Below are positions 54,611 to 64,000 of a DNA stretch of 64,000 bases, in pieces. Both the position numbers and the translations under genes were made by a program. The stretch is taken from the NCBI RefSeq assembly GCF_009914755.1, contig NC_060935.1; one strand, 5' to 3'. The notes under the pieces are model-generated. The model was not told the origin of the DNA, ran no database searches, and worked only from the letters and a program-made list of their open reading frames with translations. Source of the stretch: the human T2T-CHM13v2.0 reference genome, Homo sapiens. Numbering within the stretch: the first letter of the stretch is position 1; each line of letters starts with the position of its first letter.

Positions 54611-56939
54611 GGAAAGATGACGGACAGAGCTGCTCAACCACTGCCCTGGACCGCATTCTGCAGGGTGCCTTAGAAGGCCCAGGAGGAAAGGGGACTCCAG
54701 GCTGGGCACCGGTGGTCCACAGGCTTCCAGAGCAGCCCAGCTTGGCCGTTGTGTCCCAGTCACTGGGAGCTAACGAGGACGCACCCTCATGGGGGTATGT
54801 GCCCACCCAGTCCCCTCCGTAGAGAGCCTGGGAGCCTCTGTGATAGGGCGTCCTGGCCCAGGGCTCCCAAGGCCAAGTATGAAGTCTCATTCCCCCAGAC
54901 AACCTTCACCTCCAGGCTGCATAACCTCTACTGACCCCTCTCAATCCCACCTCTTCTTTTTGTCCATGAAGGCAGTCGGGAAATGCAGCCTGTGCTTCGG
55001 AGAGGCGGGCAGGGCTGGGGTCACCCCCGCCCCAGGCAGTGGGATAGGAGATGCGCCAGGGTCAGGTCCCTTGCTGCAAGCCTGCAACCCGTGCCTGTAT
55101 GTGCCAGCCGGGCCTGCCAATCCATCCTTCACCCTGCAGGACCCTCCCGTCTACAGGTCCCAGCTCTGTGTGGGCCTGGCCAGCCCTGGGGCCATGGCTG
55201 AGACCTGAGTCCTCAAAGGACTGCCCCTTCTGAGAGCAGAATCCTGCTGCCCCCAGAAGACCAGGTGTTCAACCTGAGCCCTGATCCTAAAACCCATGGT
55301 CCTCTCTCTCCTCCAGAATCCCTCTGCCAGCCTCCAAGAGCCGCCTGCTGCTCTCCTGGTGCTTCTCACACCCCTGGGGGATGGCAGGGGGGCGGGGAGC
55401 CCAGCAGAAATTGGAGCAGAGAGGACATGGAGGGCTGAGGGGTGAGGGGGCAGACCGAATGTATCCTCTCTGCCCATGCGTCTTCCCCCAGGATGCTACC
55501 TGAGGTCTCGGGAGAGGGGCATCTGGGAAGGCTTCCTGGAGGAAGATGAGTGCCTCTCTCTCATGAGGGAGGGGCTCCAGGGAGGTCAGTGTGAACTTGT
55601 GTTGGCACAAAGGCAGCCCTGGCCGAGGGGGCGAAGGCAGTGTGAAGTGGGACTCACTTCCCCCAAAGATGCAGAGGGATGTCGGGAGACCTGGCAGGCG
55701 GCCCTGGGCAGTTCAGTTGACCCCACCTTACCCTACCAGGCTGCAGGAAGCCCCTGCCCCCACCTGGAGCCGCTACGGGTTTTCCTAGCTCAGCCCTAAA
55801 GGCTCAGCCCGACTAGATACAGGCCAACTAGAGAGGTCATGTCAGGGCTGAGGGGGTGGCTGCCAGGGGTGGCTGCTGTGGGGAAGAGCATCCCAGCCCG
55901 CAGGCCCTGCTACCCCAGGCAGAGCTGCCCGTTGTGTCCCGCACGAAGAGCTTTCCCTGCCTGGGAATCCCGCTCTGCCCCCCACCAGCCAGTGGCTTTG
56001 GAAGTTCGTCCAGCAACCCTGGAGTCTCAGTTTCCATGCCTGTAATATGGGCACAGCACTCACTCCAGGATGAACAGAAGCCGGGCCAGGAAAGCAGTCC
56101 CTGGCCTGGCACCACAGCAGGGGCTGTGAGGGGGATGGTTCCACAGTTGCTGGAGGTCGACAGGGACCGAAGCACACATGAGTGCCAGATGGGCCCCACG
56201 ATGGGATTCCGGCGAGGGTGGTGCAGGGAGCCACCTATACAGAGGACAATTGACTGCAGAAGTGCCAGGCTCATGCCCTCCACGGATGGAGAGGCCGTCA
56301 CCTCCGGGGGATGCCCCAGGGCCGCATACCCGTGCAGTGGCGCTGGAGTGGCAGTGGGCGCCTGCCCCACACTAATGCACACACACATCAGTGCACACCC
56401 ACAGCCACGCCAGAGAAAGCCACAGGCCCTGAGGGGCTGCCCCATGCCAGCCTGCCAGCTGCCACACCCCTCCCACAAAGCCTGGCTCTGGCCCGGGACA
56501 CAGGGAGCCCAGACCCATCCAGCTTTCCCCTCAATGCCCCGGGTCCTCCCACAAATTCATCCTGCCTCAAGCCTCAGTCTCCACTTCCGACAAATGGGTC
56601 TCAAGCTCTCTGCTCTGTCCACCCTGCATGGCGGTGTGGGCAGCACAGAGCCAGCCTGGTGGGGGCTGGGGACTCTGGAAGGGGTGCTCAGGGAGGGGCC
56701 GGGCTCTGGGGCCCAGAAGGCCTTGGAAGGTAGTCCAGGCGGGTCCCGGAACAAGTGTTGCATGAGCACCAAATGGCTCAGAGCTCCCGAAACCTGGCGT
56801 GCCTGTGAGAGCCGTTGAGACCCCTTTTCAAGGCCCTGCCTGACAGCCCACAAAAGACATTCAAATGAGAGACAAATATTTGGGGCCCCAAGGTTGAGCC
56901 CAGCCCAGCCTCTCAGGCCCAGCCCAAGCTGCTCCCAGG

Positions 56940-56992
56940 CTCTCATTTGGGTATTAATTGCATTTCGTTTAGAGATTTGCATGCTTATCACG
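56940..56992. promoter_or_regulatory. candidate regulatory element (homeobox + octamer + GATA)
   Basis: TAATTG 56955, ATTTGCAT 56975-56982 and TTATCA 56985 form an AT-rich island in GC-rich unique DNA. Confidence 0.5.
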
Positions 56993-57675
56993 CGGGTGGT
57001 GGCCAGCCGTGGGGGCCTGGCCAGCCTGGACAGAATCCCAAGGCTCGTAGGCAAATGCCAGGAGGAGGGGGTGGGCAGAGGACCCAGGAGCCTCCCGAAT
57101 GGTATCAGGAGAGCAAGCCTGGGCTAGGCTGCGGGCCATCAGCGTGGGCCCTGGGCCACGACCTGGCATCCATGTGGACCTGAGCACGACAACAGGACAA
57201 GCAGAGAAAAAAGTGGATCCCAAAAACAGGGCTCCCAGGCCAACTTCTCCCTAACACCAGCTCCCAGCACCCCACCGGGGACTGCAGCCCCTCCATGGTC
57301 AATCAGGGTAGCCCTGGGGTCCCTGTCACATGACGTATGCCCACCCTCCGACAGCCCTGCAGCCTGTGGGACGGCCCGTGTGCTCGCCGAGGCGCTTGGA
57401 ACCTTGGAGGGCAGGCTCTCAGAAGATTGGCTCAGGGACCCTCTGGTCCACCCTCTCGGCATCCCAGGGTGTCCTGGTCCCAGGAGATGCCTCATCCCAG
57501 GCCACACGGGGCCCTAGGCCTTTCCGTCCTCAGCCCTGTCTACTCTACCCTCTACAAGAGAGGTCCAGAAGGGGCAGTGCTTGACCCAAGAAGAAGAGGC
57601 TGTAACTATGGAGAGGTTGGGAGGGGGAAGTGGCCCTAAGGGCTGGAGTTTTAGAAAGCCCTCTTGTTCCTGCCC

Positions 57676-57992
57676 ATTATGGGTTGGATTTTATGCCCTC
57701 CAGACTCACATGTGGCTGTTTTTGGAGCCAGGGCCTTTAAAGAGGTAATTAAGTTAAAGTGAGGTCATTGGGGGGACCCTAATCCCATGTGACCGATATC
57801 CTTAGTAAGAGGAGGTGAAGACACAGACACGCACAGAGGGATGGCCACGTGAAGACACAGGGAGAAGGCAGCGTCTACAAGCCAAGGAGAGAGGCCTTCG
57901 GAGGTGGGGGGCCTGCGGAATGGTGAGAGACTAATTTCTGCTGTGTAGGCCCCCTAGTGTGCGGGGCTTTTTCACGCAGCACAGGCCAACCC
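57676..57992 (+). mobile_element. MLT1B-like LTR
   Basis: gggcctttaaagaggtaattaagttaaagtgaggtcatt...gtgaagacacagggagaagg..tctacaagccaaggagagaggcc. Confidence 0.88.
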
Positions 57993-58467
57993 ATTGCAGC
58001 CTCTCCTGCTGTTAGGACCCCAAGTCCATCCTCAGGGACATTAATTAACATAGGAACTTTTTATCCTGATGGTGTCACCTCCTAGGCAGAACAGGGACCC
58101 GGAGGCAGGCCTAGCTGCGAACCCCCAGCCCTCCCTGTCCTTCTCGCAGGACAGCGGGTCTGGGGCTGAAGGCTGTGACGCTGCCCCTGCCTGGATCACA
58201 ACAGGCAGGACGGCTGAGCAGGCACACATCTGTCTCTCCCTCTGCTGATCTGTGGCCTTGGACAGGGGCTACTCTGGGGGAGCTGACAGGTGACCCCCCC
58301 AGGAGGCCCCTCCCTGCCTCTGGGCTGGGAATCCACCTCTGTGGAGCCCCTGGGAATGGCCTGTTTCAAATACGTAAGTGGGAGCAAGGTCTCATCCTCA
58401 GCGGGGGACATCGCTGGGGGCAAGGCCAGTGGGTGGGTGGGAAGGTTTCTGTGGCACTGGGGCCTCC

Positions 58468-58508
58468 TGTTGATTGATTCACCCAATTAATCACAGCCAG
58501 CAGCTGGG
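58468..58508. promoter_or_regulatory. candidate regulatory element (PBX-HOX + homeobox + E-box)
   Basis: TGATTGAT 58471, CAATTAATCA 58484, CAGCTG 58501. Confidence 0.45.
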
Positions 58509-59734
58509 GAGGGGGTAGGAAGGCGGTGAAGGGAAAAGGAGCCCACAGCCGGGAGGCCCTGGGAGGTTGGCAGAGGCCTGCACCTGCCTGCAGCCAGCCC
58601 TCCGGCCCAGCCCTCTTCCCTCCTTTCGGAGGGGCCAGAGCATGGGGTGCTAAGGGCTCAGTCTTTAACCCCTCCCCAGCTCTCAGGGAGCCCCTCCCAT
58701 GCTCCCCAGGCCTCTGCCCCACTTGCACCTCCCCGGGCCCCAGGGCACAGGACGCTTTCCCCACCCTTTGGGAGGCTGAGGGTGTCAGGAGGCCTGGGCT
58801 GAGTGCTGGCTTCCGTCTCACTGGCTTGCAGACAAGACCCTCCATTTCGGTGGAAAAACAGCAAGAACAGCACCCCCCTCCAGGCAGACCCAAGGGAGGC
58901 ATCGGTGTGAGGGCTTCAAGCTCTGTACTGTGGGTTTAAGCCTTGCACCTCTGGATACCTGTGGGCCTCGGGCAGATCACTGAGCCTCCCTGCATCTGGA
59001 AGTCGGGGTGAGACCCCTCAGAGGGGGCTGGGAGGAGGAAGGGCCCCTCTTGATGGGCAGCCCCCACCCTCCACCTACTGCCCTGCCCTCCCAGCCTTCA
59101 GGGTCCTCCCCAGCTTCTGTGGGCTCCCAGGTGGACCTGGGCCACCCCTGAGACCCCGAAGAGCTCAAGGCCAGCTAATAGCCCACAGGCTCAGGACAGC
59201 ACTGGACAGGCCTCTGGGCCCACCTGGCCCCACTCCCGATTTTTATGGGAACAAAGACTGAAGGTGTGGCCCCAAAGGAACCACCCCTCCCCCAGTGCCC
59301 CGCTGCTGGGAAAAGGGTCAGCAGAGTTTGGGTCTCCCCCCACAAGCCCTCTGGGCTGTGCGTGCTACAGCTGAGGACATGGCGTTGAGGGGCAGGCCGC
59401 CTCCAACCCCGTCCACCTTGCCCTGTCTAGCTCTGTCCAAGGCTCTCTCCGGCTGGCTAATCACCTCTGGGCACAGCTGTGCTGCTGAGGTCTCTGGGAT
59501 GACTGAAGGTCTTTGAAGGCCACTTTGGGAGAAGCGAAGGTGCATGGACACCAGGGACCCTGCTCACAGCGAGTGTCCCTGCCCCATCCCTTTCTGCATT
59601 GAGTGGGACAAGCTTGCTTCCATTTGGGGGATCGCCATCTGACTATTCCACTTGTCTTAGGGTGGGGCAGAGATTAGGTGATGTGGAGGGGCTTCTCTAC
59701 ATGGCCCCCCTGCCCCAGCTCTGAGGGGTAGCAC

Positions 59735-60812
59735 CAGAGTGGGTTTCACCAGCGTAGGGCACGTAGGCCCCGCCATGAACAGGGCCCCAACCTTGGTTTA
59801 ATGCTTTGCTACTGCCATCTTAAAGTTCTTTTTTTATTTTTTATTTTGCTTTATTTTTTATTAGAGATGGGGTCTCCCAGTGTTGCCCAGGCTGGTCTTG
59901 AACTCCTGGCTCAAGCAATCCTCCGGCCTCAGCCTCCCAAAGCACTGGGATGACACGTGTGAGCCACCTTGCCTGGCCTTTGGAATCTGACTACTTTTAT
60001 CTTCTAACTTGTTTTGCAGGTGCAGGCCAACGGCATACAGCAGCACTCACATAAGCAAAGGAGAGCGTGCACAAGGCGCCAAATGTATATCCACCCTCAC
60101 TCGTCCCCCCACTTGAGTAGCGCATCCACGATGCCCACAGACACCAGGCCACACAGAAAAGGTGCCAGGGACCCACAGCAGTGCAAGGCAGCGTGTCACA
60201 CCTACGCATGAGCAAGCCGGGCGCTGATGGCCACCGAGCAGCCACGTTTTCCATTCAAATCCGCACTTGCTAAGGATGCAGCAGGAAGCCAGTGGTGTTC
60301 TAACAAACGTGCAGGACCCGGGAACCTGTCATGTCCTTTCTTACTTGTGCGACTTCTCTGTGTTAGCCGAGGTCTCTTGCTGATGGATCTACCCACAGTG
60401 CCTTTTGTCTTTGAACTTGTCCCTTCCCTCCTTCCTCGCCCATCAGCGAGCAGGAGGTGGAGGGTGCTGGTGGAACAAGCCTGCGTCAAGGAGTGAAATC
60501 AGCTGATTTCATTTTTGTGCAGTTTCCACTGTTCTAGTAGCAAATGAAATAGAGACGCCTGTGCCAGGACAAAACACACACTGTGTCATTCCAGTGATTC
60601 CGCATAGAAGTTAAATGCTCTTATGCTTGCATTTTAAACTGGCATCACATAATATAAAGATGGATAACTACATTCACGCTAGTCACTTAAATTCCTAATC
60701 TTTCTTACTCAGAATGGCATTAAATAGTGAGTATAAAATAAGAAGTATAAAATAGTAAGTCAAGAGGTTGACTATAGAAGAAAGAAAAATGCTTTATATT
60801 TTAGCACCTTGA
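59735..60812 (+). mobile_element. Zaphod (hAT-Tip100) 5' portion, interrupted by an Alu monomer
   Basis: gggcccc..cttggtttaatgct..; gtgattccgcata.aagttaaatgctcttat..ttgcattttaaactggcat; gctttatattttag match the recalled Zaphod/MER91 consensus. Confidence 0.75.
59829..59978 (-). mobile_element. FLAM_C/Alu left monomer
   Basis: T-rich tail plus agagatggggtctc...gagccaccttgcctggcc. Confidence 0.88.
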
Positions 60813-61110
60813 ACATGACATCACGATCACCTTCTCCCTGGAATCAGTTTCTAACTTCCAGGTGGGGACTAGGCCTGGACCATGAGCTCCTAGCAGAGCC
60901 CTGCTGCCCCCACAGCAGAGCCCAGGACAGGCTGGCACCTGGGCCAGGTGAGGCTCTGTCCAGGCTCACTGATCTCAAATGCTGAACTGCTAAGGATGTC
61001 ATGTCCCCAAAGGAGCCGCCAGGCTCAGCCTCACTTCCTGGAAGGCGTGAACATTGCAAGAATGTGGAAGTGAAAGAGTCCAGGGCTTAAATCTCAATTC
61101 TCATCATTTT

Positions 61111-61297
61111 CAAGCTGAGTCCAAGGGAGAGAAGACAGTCATGGATTCTTAGTTTCTGTTTCTGGTTGAGCCAGCAGGGTCCCTTCCTCATCCCTCTTTT
61201 CTGCTTATCACTAGAGACAGAAACTAAAACCATGACTTTAGGCTGCTGAGAGCCTAAAACAAAACGACAGCAAGAGAAGGTGGGTTGGACCAGCTTG
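61111..61297. mobile_element. MER30B-like hAT MITE
   Basis: Imperfect TIRs caagctgagtccaa / ttggaccagcttg and an internal inverted repeat. Confidence 0.6.
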
Positions 61298-61524
61298 CCT
61301 GTGACTTCAGGCACTTCATCTTTACTGGGCACTGGGTGAATGACAGTGTGGGGAGGGGTCTTCATAACACGGCAATCAGCAGCCCACTGTGCCCAGGAGA
61401 CTCGCCTGTGGTCCTGGTTATCAACCACAGCCCTTTCCAGTCTCAAAAATGTCCCCGCTGGGACAGCAAGTTACATCGTCGCTACAAGTCCTGTCTCCTG
61501 GGAGATGCAGTCCAGCAGCACTAC

Positions 61525-61830
61525 ATCCTCTGAGCAGCAGGTGCCAAGTGGGATGAACTGGATAAGGACTGCATTCGGGGAAACGCCCGTGTGAAAGGAA
61601 ATACACAGGAAGGAGGTGGCAACGGGTGGGAAGCCACTAGACCACGACGCGATTCTGCCCCAGTGAAGGCGAGGGGATAGCCTGGGCCTAGATCGCTGTG
61701 AGGTCTATGGAAGTTTCCACAAGCTTGCTGGGTAGTTCTCGAGGCAAACTCGGAAAGGGAGTCCCTTGTCTCCCTGGAACGGATCTTTCTTGGCATCTCT
61801 GTCACACTCATTAGGTGGGCCTGGTGTCAA
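61525..61830 (-). mobile_element. old ERVL-class LTR (LTR33/LTR67-like)
   Basis: tgccaagtgggat...ggggaaacgcccgtgtgaaagg...agaccacgacgcg resembles the recalled consensus; family uncertain. Confidence 0.45.
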
Positions 61831-61859
61831 CCCCATTTGCAGGCCACCCCAAACTTGAT

Positions 61860-62530
61860 CAAAGGTCCGCTTCTGGCACCCCATACCCTGTCCTACAGGA
61901 AATACAGGGACAGGCTCCCAATAACAACACCCAGCACGGTGCCATCAACACCACCACGCACACGGGGGCTCAACGGAACAGACATCTCCGCTTCTTCAAT
62001 GAAGACACTGGAGGGAAATTGCTTACAAGGCGCTTAAGAGACCTATTAAGCAAACTTGATGTGTGGACCTGCGGCGGATCCCGATTCTATAAGGCCAACT
62101 GCACAAAACCACGAGACCCCCTGAGGACTGCGCCATTGGCTGGGTCCCCGATGATATGAAAGAACGGTGGTTCATTTGAGCGGGTGATGTTTTTGCGGTT
62201 TCCTTTAGAGGCACACGTGAAACATGACGGGTGAAAGGATTCAAAGTCTGGGATTTGCTTCAAAGCAACGCAGGGATGGCGTGGGGGATGGATGGGGCAG
62301 GAAGGGCCTTGAAACTGGTGCTGGAGGCTTCCCAGGGCTGCCCTGGAGCCCAGTGCGTCCTCCACCGGCCAGACTGTACAACGGTTGGATCCTGTGTCCA
62401 CTGCTAGGACCCAGGCTCCACGAGCACGGGCTTGTGTGGCACACGGATGCACCCTAAGTCCTGGCACAGAGACTGCTCAACAAAGGCCTCGGTGCTTTTG
62501 TGTATGTTTGAAATTTTCCATAATAAAATG
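61860..62530 (+). mobile_element. L1MC4/5-type 3' end, GC-shifted
   Basis: cttaagagac..gatgtgtggacct..ggatcccgattc; gtctgggatttgcttcaaa; tatgtttgaaattttccataataaaa. Confidence 0.75.
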
Positions 62531-64000
62531 AAAAATGGGAAAATGGGAAAACAAAAATGGCAGCACTACTTACCCTCTGCAGAGTTTTGTCCGCTTCACG
62601 CCAGTGGGTGGCAGTCGTTTCCTCTGCCCTGGCCTTCCATCGTTTCCCCCCTACCCTCTTCACCCACCCAACAGCCCCCTGTGGTCCTGGCAGCTGTGGG
62701 CCTTTCCTTGAGGTCAAGGTGTGGAGTCCTGGGGAGGGCTCAGGGAGGCCACCGACCCGGGTGTGGATTCTGGGAGAAGCCTGTGGGATGTCCCTCCCTG
62801 GGTGACCACGGCAATGTGCCCCCTCCTGTCCCTTGGCCAAGGCCAGTTCCCTGAGCCCTGCAGCCCCAAGCCACAGCTGGTCCACTGACCCCAGTTGAGC
62901 CTGGTCCTCATCAGACCAGCTGACCCCTTTGACCCCCGCTACAGACTCGGCTTTGACCTTGGCTGCTGAGGAGCCCCCACCTGGACTGAGGCTGCAGCTG
63001 GCGAGAGAGGAGCCCTGAGCTCCTCTGATAAGAAGGGACCTGGCCAGCCTGACGTTTGAGACCCAGGCATCCCGGTAGCCTGGGTGTCCTGTTGCCGTGG
63101 TTATTCAGGAGCCACCCACTCTGGGACAACACCAGCTGCTCCCACCTCGCAGGGCTCCCACGGCTCTGTCCCAACCACTCCTTTCTGAAGGAAGGGGTGC
63201 CTCTGCGCCCTAAAGAAACCGGGGGAGCCCCACAACCCCTCCCCCACCAGGACACTAAAAGGCAGCTTTCGGTACAGTGAGACATCAAAGCCTCCTAGGC
63301 CCTGAGTCAAAGGTATAGCCGTGTAATATCCCAGTGCCAGCTCTCCGGCTGCGGGGAGCCTGGCGCAAAGCTTCCAAGCCTTCCTTGTTCCTTTCAAGAG
63401 CCGCTCTTAGAATTCAGGTGAGCGGAGACCTGCAGGGCCTCCCCAGTGCGGGCAAAACCCAAAGCTAGCGAGAGGGCAGCCTCCAGGCACCTCTCACTAA
63501 CTCCTCCCAGAGGCCGTTGAGGTGGGTCTGGTCAAACCCATTTGCAAGTTAACCCACTTGCCCTGGGCTGCCCAGCTGCCACGTTAGTGGAGATCTGAGC
63601 GTGGTGGCCTGCGCAGGAGCCCATGCCCTCAGCCCCACAGCCGGTGCTCTCTGGTCAGACCACCTCAGCCTAGCCCCACACCCAGCACTTACCCCAGCCC
63701 TCGGGATGGGTCAGCAGCCTCCAGCCTGCAGCTTCCAAGCCAGCGAGTAGCCCTGTCTGGACAACCCACCAGCCCACCACCTCCTGGAGGATGCCCCCAG
63801 CCTCACAAGGTGTCCCAATGGCTCCGCTATCAACGGCCTGGCTGCACTCCAGATCTCACCCAGACCCACCCTACGGAGGAGGCAGCAGGGTTTGAGGAGT
63901 AGTGACCACGGAAGTCTGGCCGTCACCTGGGAAGTGTAGGTGATAGGAGCCACTGGTAAACAGAACTGATTTATTTATAAAGTTCACGCTCCCTTGAAGA

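Noticed and set aside
55856-56818. 320-aa ORF
   Set aside because: No domain recognised, crosses MIR-like fragments, and has a composition typical of GC-rich non-coding DNA.
59190-59215. REST/RE1-like motif (CAGCAC-TGGACAG)
   Set aside because: Half-site spacing is non-canonical; other GGACAG half-sites (e.g. about 60955) lack a left half.

Overview
Primate, almost certainly human, non-coding DNA: AluY/S/J, L1M/L1P, MIR, L2, MaLR, ERVL and hAT elements are all present, and I found no credible protein-coding exon. By eye the window has three zones. A GC-rich flank (1-13 kb) carries minisatellites and old, GC-shifted repeats. An AT-rich core (about 13.2-52 kb) is almost entirely nested retroelements. 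A second GC-rich flank (52-64 kb) carries short AT-rich TF-motif islands. From memory and unverified, the right end resembles the far-upstream region of TH, which would place the window in the ASCL2-TH interval of 11p15.5 read toward TH. Main observations: (1) a decayed 5.8S rRNA fragment joined to an AluJ, apparently inside one shared target-site duplication; (2) an orphan polyadenylated 3'UTR-like retrocopy inside an ERVL gag; (3) one ancient LTR16/ERV3-16A3-like provirus stretched to about 32 kb by co-oriented insertions; (4) a nested palindrome with four TAATCT sites; (5) strong AT-to-GC drift of old L1s in the flanks. Repeat subfamily names come from recalled consensus sequences and need RepeatMasker/Dfam confirmation. 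I found no convincing new multi-gene system.
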